Origin: Alphaproteobacteria bacterium
GTDB taxonomy: Bacteria > Pseudomonadota > Alphaproteobacteria > JAAXGF01
Length of the DNA stretch: 31,044 nucleotides
Direction: 5' to 3'
NCBI GenBank assembly: GCA_012267605.1
Contig: JAAXGF010000054.1
Location: forward strand, 1 to 31,044
Part shown: positions 10,110 to 18,655 of the stretch, piece by piece
How the letters are laid out: each line of letters begins with the position of its first letter
How positions within the stretch are numbered: the stretch's first letter is position 1
Translations under genes and position numbers: made by a program
The notes under the pieces: model-generated
The model's database searches: none
The model's input: only the letters and a program-made list of their open reading frames with translations
Told to the model about the DNA's origin: nothing

Positions 10110-12047
10110 ATGTGTGGTATCGCCGGATTTGTCGATCGTACCGCTACGTGGAACGCGGAAGAAGGCGCCAGCCTGGCCCGAGGCATGGCGTCGACCCTGA
10201 TTTCGCGCGGGCCCGACGACGACGGGGTTTGGGTCGATACGTCTTCTGGAGTCGCGTTGGGGCAGCGGCGGCTAGCGATTGTCGATCTTTCGCCGGCTGG
10301 GCATCAGCCGATGGTTTCCGGAAACGGGCGCTATGTCATCACATACAATGGTGAAGTCTATAACTTCGACCAAATTCGCGACGAACTTACCCGGTTCGGC
10401 GCAACGTTCCGTGGCCATTCCGACACTGAAGTTGTCCTTGAGGCATGTGCGGCGTGGGGCATCGCCGATGCCGTGGCTCGGCTCATCGGTATGTTCGCCT
10501 TCGCACTCTGGGACCGGCAATTACGCACCCTGACACTATGCCGTGACCGTATCGGCATCAAACCGCTTTATTGGGGATGCCTAGGTGAACTGTTTCTGTT
10601 TGGCTCGGAACTCAAATCGTTGCGTGCGCATCCTGGCTGGGTACCCGAAATTGATCGGGACGCTTTGGCAAGTTTCTTCCGATACAACTATTTACCCAGT
10701 CCCCATACGATTTACAGAGGGGTGCGAAAACTTGAGCCTGGGTGTGTTTTGATTCTGAGTGAGGGCGGCGAGCCGACCATCCGTACTTACTGGCAGCTTG
10801 AATCAACGGCCCTCGCCGCACGCCGTAAACATGCCGCCGCCGACGACCCGGTGGAGGCTCTCGACAATCTGCTCCGCGATGCGGTCAAACGTCGAATGAG
10901 GGCGGATGTACCATTGGGTGCGTTTCTGTCTGGCGGTATCGACTCGTCGACTGTCGTGGCACTCATGCAGGCACAATGCGATCGGCCGGTGCGCAGCTTT
11001 ACCATAGGGTTTCAAGAGGAGGATCACGACGAGGCCGTGTATGCGAAGGCAGTGGCCAATCATTTGGGAACTGATCATACGGAACTCTACGTCGAGCCGT
11101 CCCACGCGCGCGATCTGATCCCGAGAATGGCGGATTACTACGACGAGCCATTCGCCGACGCTTCCCAACTGCCGACGATGCTTTTATGTGAACTGACCCG
11201 GCGACACGTTACCGTCGCACTGTCGGGAGACGGCGGCGACGAAGTTTTTGGCGGCTACACCCGATATTTTTGGGCTGATGGCGTTTGGCGTCATACCCGA
11301 TGGTTGCCTCCGGGTTTGCGCCGCGCGCTGACCCGTATGCTGCGAATTATACCTCCCGAGGGGTGGGATCGTTTGTTCGCCCTCGCGCCAAGTTCGATCC
11401 GGCCGGTCCGTGCGGGCGCTAAAATGCAAAAACTCGCCAATCTCGTCGCGCTCGACTCGAGCAGCGGGTTCTATCGCCAACTATTGACCACATGGGAAGC
11501 CCCTGAGTCCCTGGTGCTGGGTGCCCGCGAACCACAGGGGCCTCCATGGGATGAATCGTTTGGTTGCGAGTTCGCCAATTTCACAGACCGCATGCGTATG
11601 ATTGATATGTTGACTTATTTGCCAGAGAACATTTTGACAAAGGTTGACCGAGCCAGTATGGCGTTCAGCCTCGAGGCGCGGGTTCCGCTTCTCGATCACC
11701 GTGTCATCGCATTCGCTTGGGGGCTTGAGCCAAATCTGTTGTATCAGCGTCGCCGGCCGAAATGGCTGTTGCGTCAAGTATTGGACCGATACCTTCCGAG
11801 CCGACTCGTCGATCGTCCAAAAATGGGTTTCGGTGTTCCCATCGCGGCGTGGCTTCGTGGTCCATTGCGTGACTGGGCAGATGCGTTGTTGTCTGAGCGG
11901 CGGCTGGCGGAAGGTGGATTCTTGGATGCTGGTTTAGTTCGTGCTCGGTGGCGTGAACAGGTCTCGGGACGGCGCGACTGGCAATTCCAATTGTGGAGCG
12001 TACTGATGTTCGAGTCATGGCGGGACCGATGGTTTGCATCTGGCTGA
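10110..12047 (+). CDS. asnB: Asparagine synthase (glutamine-hydrolysing)-like amidotransferase, glycan-associated
   Basis: Ntn start MCGIAG at 10110, RGPD, RRLAIVDLS, RDRIGIKPLY, PP-loop SGGIDSS, LSGDGGDE, KVDRASMA, RPKMGF. Confidence 0.93.
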   Translation: MCGIAGFVDRTATWNAEEGASLARGMASTLISRGPDDDGVWVDTSSGVALGQRRLAIVDLSPAGHQPMVSGNGRYVITYNGEVYNFDQIRDELTRFGATFRGHSDTEVVLEACAAWGIADAVARLIGMFAFALWDRQLRTLTLCRDRIGIKPLYWGCLGELFLFGSELKSLRAHPGWVPEIDRDALASFFRYNYLPSPHTIYRGVRKLEPGCVLILSEGGEPTIRTYWQLESTALAARRKHAAADDPVEALDNLLRDAVKRRMRADVPLGAFLSGGIDSSTVVALMQAQCDRPVRSFTIGFQEEDHDEAVYAKAVANHLGTDHTELYVEPSHARDLIPRMADYYDEPFADASQLPTMLLCELTRRHVTVALSGDGGDEVFGGYTRYFWADGVWRHTRWLPPGLRRALTRMLRIIPPEGWDRLFALAPSSIRPVRAGAKMQKLANLVALDSSSGFYRQLLTTWEAPESLVLGAREPQGPPWDESFGCEFANFTDRMRMIDMLTYLPENILTKVDRASMAFSLEARVPLLDHRVIAFAWGLEPNLLYQRRRPKWLLRQVLDRYLPSRLVDRPKMGFGVPIAAWLRGPLRDWADALLSERRLAEGGFLDAGLVRARWREQVSGRRDWQFQLWSVLMFESWRDRWFASG

Positions 12048-12120
12048 CCGATCGCCGTGGCGCACGCGCCGCGCCGATGTCGCCTACCGCCGCTCGGTCG
12101 ATCACGTTCCGCGCGTTTCA

Positions 12121-13278
12121 ATGAAGCTATGTTATCTTTCGAATTCGACGCTGATTTCGGACAGCGCCAACGCCGTGCACGTGATGAAGATGTGTCAGGC
12201 TTTTGCCGAAAACGGTCACGATGTTACGCTTCATGCACTTGAAGGTGAGGGCGACGTTGATGAAGTCTTCGACTACTACGGCGTGACCACAGCGTTTCCC
12301 ATCCATCGCCACAATATGGGTAGCGATGGTGCGACGAATGCGCTGTGGAGAATGCGCGCATTACTACCATTTCTCCGGGTTGGCGGCTTGCCGACAGTTG
12401 TCTTTGCACGCCGACAGCTCGCACCCATAATATCCCGCACTCCCAGCGATCTGATCTACGCTCGCAGCCTCTATTGGCTGTACGGCGTTCGCGCCACAAT
12501 TCCGTTTATTTATGAATCCCATCAGCCACCTCTTAACGCTCTCGACCGATATTTTGAGCGCGCGATATTCAACCGCCCAGGGTTTCGAGGTCTGACCGTC
12601 ATTTCCCAGAAACTGAAGCAAATCTACGTCGCGCAGTATCCCGGGCTCGCAGATCGAATTCGTGTCGCCCACGACGCAGCCGACGATCCTGGGGATGCCC
12701 CCGACGCGGAGGGAACGATTCACTCCGACGCCGGCAAGATTCGTGTCGGCTACGTCGGCCACCTTTACAAGGGAAGGGGTATCGACCTGATGCTCCGGCT
12801 GGCCAAATCATTTCCTGCGACTGAGTTTCATTTTGTCGGCGGCCGTACAATCGATGTTGAAAGATTTCGAGCAAAAAACGTTCCGCCCAACACGGTGATT
12901 CATGGACACGTACCCCATGGTGAACTCAAGCGCCTATTTCCGCTTTTTGACGTCGTGCTTGCGCCTTATGAGAAGTCGGTGGCCGTGGCGGGCGACGCCG
13001 GCGAAACGGCAGCGTTCATGTCGCCGTTGAAAATCTTTGAATACATGTCCTGGTCCAAGGCAATTTTGTGCTCGGACTTGCCTGTGCTTCGGGAAGTACT
13101 CACCGATGACGTCAACGCGATCCTTATTCCGCCGGATAATTTTGGGGCTTGGCATGATGCGTTGGCGCACCTGATTCGCGAACCGGAAACACGGCTAGAT
13201 CTGGGTCGGGCCGCGCGTCGGGATTTCGTCGCGCAACATACCTGGCGGCGGCGAGCGCAGTTCGTTCTCGAGCTCTGA
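12121..13278 (+). CDS. GT4 family glycosyltransferase
   Basis: MKLCYLS...SANAVHVMKMCQAF, GYVGHLYKGRG, SPLKIFEYM...SDLPVLRE. Start moved to 12121. Confidence 0.9.
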   Translation: MKLCYLSNSTLISDSANAVHVMKMCQAFAENGHDVTLHALEGEGDVDEVFDYYGVTTAFPIHRHNMGSDGATNALWRMRALLPFLRVGGLPTVVFARRQLAPIISRTPSDLIYARSLYWLYGVRATIPFIYESHQPPLNALDRYFERAIFNRPGFRGLTVISQKLKQIYVAQYPGLADRIRVAHDAADDPGDAPDAEGTIHSDAGKIRVGYVGHLYKGRGIDLMLRLAKSFPATEFHFVGGRTIDVERFRAKNVPPNTVIHGHVPHGELKRLFPLFDVVLAPYEKSVAVAGDAGETAAFMSPLKIFEYMSWSKAILCSDLPVLREVLTDDVNAILIPPDNFGAWHDALAHLIREPETRLDLGRAARRDFVAQHTWRRRAQFVLEL

Positions 13279-13281
13279 CAA

Positions 13282-14232
13282 ATGTATCCACACCCTCCAA
13301 GTTACGCCAATGGCGAGCGGGTGTCCGAAGTAGGTCTGGTTTTGGTTTACCATGGGGTGTTTCGAGATGTGCCGGCTGAGCTCGCCGGTGCAGTACACAA
13401 TGTTACACCGCGGAGTTTGGGGCGTCAGCTTGACTGGCTGAACAGCCATTTCAAAATAGTACCGCTCGACGCGATGTTCGACGGTTGCTCTCCACGCGGT
13501 AAGGTGGCGATTACGTTCGACGATGGCTACAAGTCGGTATTCACCGAAGCCGCGCCGCTGCTCTTTCGACGAGGAATTCCGTTTACCGTCTTCATTAATG
13601 GGGGAATCCTCAAGAAGGGAATTTTTTGGCGCGACAAGATACGCTGGTTGATTAACAGCCAACGTGTCGAATCGTTTCTTAGCTTTCGTGCGCAGCTGTG
13701 GCCCGGCGAGCCTGAAATTTCGGGGGCAAATTTTTATCGTGGATCCAAGACTCCAGAAGTCAATTCGCGGATCCTGGACGGACAAATCGATGATTACATT
13801 GGTGCCCAAGGTCTTGGCGCCGAGGTCAAGAAGTTGTCGCGCTTTGTCGCAGGTGAAGAGGACCTTATTGATCATCCTCTCGTTACGTACGGTAACCACA
13901 CGCTCAATCACTATGTGCTTTCCTCGTTGCCTGTGGTGGAACAGGCGACCGAAATTGCTGGGAACGACGACGTCTTGCAACATCTCGGTTTGCCATGCTC
14001 GGCGATCTTTGCGATCCCTTTCGGCGATGCCAGGGATACGCCTCGCGGCTTGGCAACATACCTCAGGTCTCAGGGCTACAACGGCATGCTGTTCAGCCGC
14101 AATCGCTTCAATGTCGGCGATCAACTGCCGTTTGCCTGTGAGCGTTTCATGCCCTCCGACGGTTGGACGGACTTTCACCGAAACATGCTGCGTATCCACT
14201 GGAAATGCCGGCGCTCGCCGACGTCGGACTAG
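13282..14232 (+). CDS. Polysaccharide deacetylase (CE4/NodB family)
   Basis: LVYH, ITFDDGY, GNHTLNH (HxxxH), AIPFG. Confidence 0.88.
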   Translation: MYPHPPSYANGERVSEVGLVLVYHGVFRDVPAELAGAVHNVTPRSLGRQLDWLNSHFKIVPLDAMFDGCSPRGKVAITFDDGYKSVFTEAAPLLFRRGIPFTVFINGGILKKGIFWRDKIRWLINSQRVESFLSFRAQLWPGEPEISGANFYRGSKTPEVNSRILDGQIDDYIGAQGLGAEVKKLSRFVAGEEDLIDHPLVTYGNHTLNHYVLSSLPVVEQATEIAGNDDVLQHLGLPCSAIFAIPFGDARDTPRGLATYLRSQGYNGMLFSRNRFNVGDQLPFACERFMPSDGWTDFHRNMLRIHWKCRRSPTSD

Positions 14233-14345
14233 AAATTCTGGCGGATTGGTAAACCAGGAATTCCCGCATCCAGAGAAGGGTAACTGATTGTTTCGTTTAG
14301 TACCCGGTGATAAATTTACACCTCCTTCGGTACCCAGGTTCTCGT

Positions 14346-14711
14346 ATGATTAAATTGTCTCGTCCCCTCAAGCTGCTTGTTTTTTTGTTCATGCTGATCG
14401 GTGGTCTATTGGACGCGGTCGGATTTGCTCAGGCGCAATCGCCGGAATGTGTGGTACGCGAGGGCGACGGTAGTGTCGTTGTGCTGGTTTGCCCGCCGAG
14501 CCTCGATGCTGAGGCATGGCAAGTTGCCGGTCAACGGGCGTGCGATGGTAAAACGCTTTGCAATGCATGGGTTTGGGTAGATCCCGTCAAGGCCCCCGAA
14601 AAGGCGCCGAAGCGAAATGAGGATCTGACCCACGTTCAGGTCGCTGACGCGGTCGCGGTGTGGATCAACGATTCGCAATACCTGATGCTTATGCGGGCGG
14701 TAAAAAAATAG
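14346..14711 (+). CDS. Small secreted hypothetical protein with four Cys
   Basis: Signal peptide (LKLLVFLFMLIGGLL...FAQA) followed by a mature domain of about 90 aa with 4 Cys and several Trp. Start could be 14307. Confidence 0.65.
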   Translation: MIKLSRPLKLLVFLFMLIGGLLDAVGFAQAQSPECVVREGDGSVVVLVCPPSLDAEAWQVAGQRACDGKTLCNAWVWVDPVKAPEKAPKRNEDLTHVQVADAVAVWINDSQYLMLMRAVKK

Positions 14712-14754
14712 CGTGTCTCCCCGGTCGGTCTACCGCCACGGCAAATTTCGATAA

Positions 14755-15225
14755 CTATTTCGCTTTCCACTCGCCAGCCATCCGACCAGCCTCGGTAAGC
14801 TGCTCAGGGGTCATGCTTGCGGCCAACAGGTCGCGTTGAATGCCGGCGAATGCTGAGCCTTGTCCAGCGGCCAAGCTGTACCACATGTGGGCTCTGATAT
14901 AGTCCTGGGCGGCGCCGTCGCCGTTTCGGTACAATAGCGCCAGATTTTGTTGGGCATCAGGATGGCCTTGCTCGGTCGATCGCAGGTACCACTTCGCCGC
15001 TTCCGCCGATTCCTTCGTCACCCCCTGGCCATTCTGATACATGACTCCAAGGTAGAATTGGGCCCTGGCGTCGCCTTGCTCGGCAAGCGCCCCGAACTCA
15101 CGAAGGGCAGTTTCGTGGTCACGGTTACGGAAAGCTTTGTAGGCTCCCTCGAAATCGGCTCTGAGCGGTGTAGCGAAAGTGAAGATCAACATAATCACCA
15201 CGATCATTCGCAGTCGTATATGCAT
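14755..15225 (-). CDS. Sel1-repeat (SLR) secreted protein
   Basis: Signal peptide, then AEQGDARAQFYLGVMYQNGQGV, EQGHPDAQQNLALLYRNGDGA, AHMWYSLAA. Confidence 0.9.
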   Translation of the reverse strand: MHIRLRMIVVIMLIFTFATPLRADFEGAYKAFRNRDHETALREFGALAEQGDARAQFYLGVMYQNGQGVTKESAEAAKWYLRSTEQGHPDAQQNLALLYRNGDGAAQDYIRAHMWYSLAAGQGSAFAGIQRDLLAASMTPEQLTEAGRMAGEWKAK

Positions 15226-15369
15226 AGCGTTTCCGATCTCGTTCAGCCAATGCCCAATCTTGCTCGTAGTTTAGTTCAGCGTTACGGATTTAACGATCGT
15301 TGTCCAATTCTAGAGCCACGTAGTGCGACAATTCTTTGACCTACCCAATCGCTTGCAAATGGTATCAGG

Positions 15370-15391
15370 CACGTTAGATGTACCTAACGTG
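15370..15391. promoter_or_regulatory. Perfect 8-bp inverted repeat upstream of lptF (candidate operator)
   Basis: CACGTTAG-ATGTAC-CTAACGTG, 44 nt before the lptF ATG, in the divergent Sel1/lptF gap. Confidence 0.4.
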
Positions 15392-15435
15392 GCCGCCCCT
15401 GTGGCGGCTGGAGTTCTTGTATCAGGCTGTTATCA

Positions 15436-16617
15436 ATGCGGATCATAGACCGGTACATCATAAAATCGATCCTTGTTTATGGGTTCACCATGACATGTAT
15501 CGCAGTGTTCGCGCTTCTCCTGGAACGGTTGTTGCGACTGCTCAACCTGGCTGCGAATCCCGATAAAGTAATGATTTACGTATCCCAAATGCTGGTAACC
15601 CTGATCCCACATTATTTAGCGATTGCCCTGCCTGCGGCGTTTTTTTTGGCTGTACTATTGACCTATGGCCGGCTGCAAAGGAACAACGAAATTGCCGTGC
15701 TGACCGGGTCGGGTATTGGCCTTCAACGTCTGATGGCACCAGTGGTCGTATTCGGAATCGTGCTTATGATTATCGCTGCGTATGTCGCCAGTTATTTACA
15801 GCCCCTAGGGCGCTACGCTTACCGGGCGCTCGTCCACACCGTCGAACATGCTTCGTTGAGTGCTGCACTTCGCGAAGGCACTTTTGTTCACGCTGGGGGA
15901 CTAACGTTCTTCGCGGATCGCTTCGCGGTCGACAGCGGATTGTTATCGCACGTGTTCGTTCACGAAATTTCCGGCGATATCTCCTTCGCGACGACAGCGG
16001 CAAAGGGTGTTTTGTTTGGTGCCTCTGATGAATCGGGATCAACCCTTTTACTGGGCGATGGTCTGCGGGTGGGAGTGGCTGCTGACGGTGGCGTTACCGA
16101 TCACGTTCAATTCACCAAATTCAGATGGTCCATCGAACCCGATGGCCAAACTACGTTTCGTTCTCGAGGCAAAGACGAACGGGAACTTACCGTACCAGAA
16201 CTCTGGCACGCGATTGTCGATCCACCGGGCGTGGTTACTTCCGATCGGGTCAGAGCCGAATTTCATTCACGCCTGGCTCGATCCTTGGCGATCGTAATTT
16301 TGCCACTGCTCGCGATCCCGTTGGCAATGTACGGGGGCCGCGGCCGTCAATCTCCGGGCGTTATTAGTGGCGTGATCATTCTCGTTGTATTCGAGGAGGC
16401 ATTGCGATTTGGCGAATCACTCACCGCCTTCGGTGAAGTGTCGCCATGGTTTGGCATATGGCTACCGGTCGGCGTGTTGGCGGTGCTCGGGGCCTATTTA
16501 TCCTTTGAAACTGTTTTTACCGTGCGCAATCAACCGTTCGATCGCGGCTGGTGGGAATTGGGCCGATTTATTTCCGGTATCGGTAAATCTGTTAAGGCGA
16601 TGCGTGGTACGTCATGA
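15436..16617 (+). CDS. LptF/LptG-family permease (LptF-like paralog)
   Basis: IIDRYI, 3 TM + periplasmic jellyroll region + 3 TM, RLQRNNEIAVL.SGI, LREGTF, AEFHSRLA, PLA. Confidence 0.88.
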   Translation: MRIIDRYIIKSILVYGFTMTCIAVFALLLERLLRLLNLAANPDKVMIYVSQMLVTLIPHYLAIALPAAFFLAVLLTYGRLQRNNEIAVLTGSGIGLQRLMAPVVVFGIVLMIIAAYVASYLQPLGRYAYRALVHTVEHASLSAALREGTFVHAGGLTFFADRFAVDSGLLSHVFVHEISGDISFATTAAKGVLFGASDESGSTLLLGDGLRVGVAADGGVTDHVQFTKFRWSIEPDGQTTFRSRGKDERELTVPELWHAIVDPPGVVTSDRVRAEFHSRLARSLAIVILPLLAIPLAMYGGRGRQSPGVISGVIILVVFEEALRFGESLTAFGEVSPWFGIWLPVGVLAVLGAYLSFETVFTVRNQPFDRGWWELGRFISGIGKSVKAMRGTS

Positions 16618-17702
16618 TCGGCGTAATTGGTCGGTACATTACGGGACTATTCATGGCGAGGTTCTGGGGGCTTCTCTTCGGCCTTACGATATTGGTCATA
16701 ATTTTGGATTTGCTTTCCCACGGCGACGAAATCCTGGCGATTAGCGACTCACTGTTTTCGGATTCCTTTCGGTACATTGGTTTGAGAACTCCAGAGATAG
16801 CGTCGCGACTCTTTCCCTTCGCTGTACTACTGGCAACATTGACGACTCTCATTGGATTGGTGCGAACCAGCGAAATGGCTGCGCTGTTGGCCGCTGGTGT
16901 ATCCCAGATCCGATTGATGTCCGCCTTCGTTCCGAGTGCGCTGTTGATTGCCTTGCTGCAGCTTTGTGTCGAGGATCAGCTTCTCCCGCTGACATCAGGT
17001 GAATTGCGTGCGTGGGGCGTCGGCGACTATGGCCTTGGCACGGACCAGGACGAACAAGGACAAACGTGGTTGAGAGAGGGGAGGGACGTTGTCCGGATCG
17101 GTCTTCGCGATGATAGCGGACGGTATCAAGGTATCACCATATTTCGCCGTGACGATAAGGGAAACTTGATCGAGAGGATAGACGCCCGTTCGGCGGTGCT
17201 GTTGGGCGAGAATTGGCATCTGGAAGACATCAAATGGTGGCAGTTCGAAACGCGTGAACTGACAACTGTTGAACGCATGGAATGGCAAACTGAGCTTCGT
17301 CCGCAAACCTTGGCACTGCTCTCCACTCATCCCCGCGAATTGTCATTTCGTTCGCTTCGGCGAATGGTTGATACGTCCGGGTTCGGGAGTCGGCCACGCT
17401 ATATGTATGATGTCTGGTTGCAAAAACGGATTTCGCGCCCAGCCGCTACGGTGCTCATGATTCTCATGGCGATCCCGCTCGTTCAATTTTTCCAAAATCG
17501 TATGAGCGGCGGTTGGTTGCCCGCTTCGGGGGTCGCCCTCGGATTTTTCTATTGGATTTTTGATGGCTTACTTTTGACCATCGGCGAGGCGGGGCTAATG
17601 CCCCCTCCTCTTGCTGCCTGGACCCCCATATTTGTGTTCACGGCCCTGGCCCTGTATTTATCGATACGGTGGGATGCGAGTCGCGCCACCCAGAAGAAAT
17701 GA
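16614..17702 (+). CDS. LptF/LptG-family permease (LptG-like paralog)
   Basis: IGRYI, LVRTSEMAALLAAGVS, same 3+3 TM topology, AAWTP C-terminal motif; ATGA overlap with the previous gene. Confidence 0.88.
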   Translation: MIGVIGRYITGLFMARFWGLLFGLTILVIILDLLSHGDEILAISDSLFSDSFRYIGLRTPEIASRLFPFAVLLATLTTLIGLVRTSEMAALLAAGVSQIRLMSAFVPSALLIALLQLCVEDQLLPLTSGELRAWGVGDYGLGTDQDEQGQTWLREGRDVVRIGLRDDSGRYQGITIFRRDDKGNLIERIDARSAVLLGENWHLEDIKWWQFETRELTTVERMEWQTELRPQTLALLSTHPRELSFRSLRRMVDTSGFGSRPRYMYDVWLQKRISRPAATVLMILMAIPLVQFFQNRMSGGWLPASGVALGFFYWIFDGLLLTIGEAGLMPPPLAAWTPIFVFTALALYLSIRWDASRATQKK

Positions 17703-18655
17703 AGATCGGGCTCGTTAGCAATACTCTTAGCAAACGTAATAGGTCCGGAATTCCGCGTAGGATGAGGAAGCTCCTTTCCCACCCCCATGTCATTCACAAG
17801 CAGATTGCGGGGGTTAGTGAACTGGGAACGGCGCTCGAGGAGTTCGCTTCAGAAGCAGTGGATGTCGTTGCCATCAACGGTGGGGACGGTACGATCTCCG
17901 CGACTTTAACGACAATGTTCGAAAGTTCAATTTTTCGTCGGCCACCGGCACTCGCTGTGTTGCCTGGGGGTATGACGAATATGATTGCCGGCGATGTTGG
18001 CATCGCCCGGACGATTGGACGGGCTGCGACGCGGCTTGCCAATTTGGCTGGTGAAAACACTTGCAATATTCCATGCACGGCGCGGGCAGTGATCCGCGTC
18101 GAGAATGGTGCACCGGATAAACCAGTCTACGGTATGTTCTTCGGTACTGCCGCGATTGTCCGCGCTATCGATCTATGCCGGCGCGCATTCGAAGAAAAAG
18201 GAATGCGATCCTCACCAGCGGTGGCGCTAACGCTGGCCTATGTATTGGGGCGCCGGTTCTTTAGGGGACGCGGCGACGACGACGTATTCCATGGCGACGA
18301 GATGGAAATTCAATTTGATGGTCAGGATCGAGATGATGGTGCGCAGCTCGTCGCGCTAGTTACAACATTGGACCGATTGGTTCTTGGTTCACGACCTTTC
18401 TGGGGTCTCGAAAACGGTAGTTTGCGATTTACTCGGATAGGCTATCCGCCCCATCGACTGATCTGGTTCGCCCGCCGCGTACTTTTCGGTGGGCCCTTGC
18501 GCGATCTCCCCGAACGACACTATCGCAGTCGCAATACGGATAGTCTGACGCTGAACATGGTATGTCCTTTCACCCTTGACGGCGAAATTTTCCAGCCAGG
18601 CGAAGGGAAGCCCGTAGTCATTAGTACTGCAGGAACGGTTCGGTTCGTGAAATGA
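17699..18655 (+). CDS. Diacylglycerol/sphingosine kinase-family lipid kinase (candidate ceramide kinase)
   Basis: NGGDGT, LPGGMTNMIA, LDGE. Start at 17699 overlaps the lptG stop (ATGA). Confidence 0.85.
   Translation: MKIGLVSNTLSKRNRSGIPRRMRKLLSHPHVIHKQIAGVSELGTALEEFASEAVDVVAINGGDGTISATLTTMFESSIFRRPPALAVLPGGMTNMIAGDVGIARTIGRAATRLANLAGENTCNIPCTARAVIRVENGAPDKPVYGMFFGTAAIVRAIDLCRRAFEEKGMRSSPAVALTLAYVLGRRFFRGRGDDDVFHGDEMEIQFDGQDRDDGAQLVALVTTLDRLVLGSRPFWGLENGSLRFTRIGYPPHRLIWFARRVLFGGPLRDLPERHYRSRNTDSLTLNMVCPFTLDGEIFQPGEGKPVVISTAGTVRFVK

Noticed and set aside
13195-14199. 334-aa minus-strand ORF
   Set aside because: Antisense shadow of the deacetylase, which has clear motifs; no recognisable domain. 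The same applies to 7753-8409, 3373-4224 and 27197-27772.
14726-14737. Second ops-like GGCGGTAG on the minus strand
   Set aside because: It points antisense into the glycan cassette, has no gene start downstream, and lacks the TG 3' end; probably chance.
15640-15647. Poly-T8 in lptF (and poly-A8 near 23803-23810 in the acyl ligase) as phase-variation tracts
   Set aside because: They are short, in frame and explained by Phe-Phe codons; no frameshift is seen.
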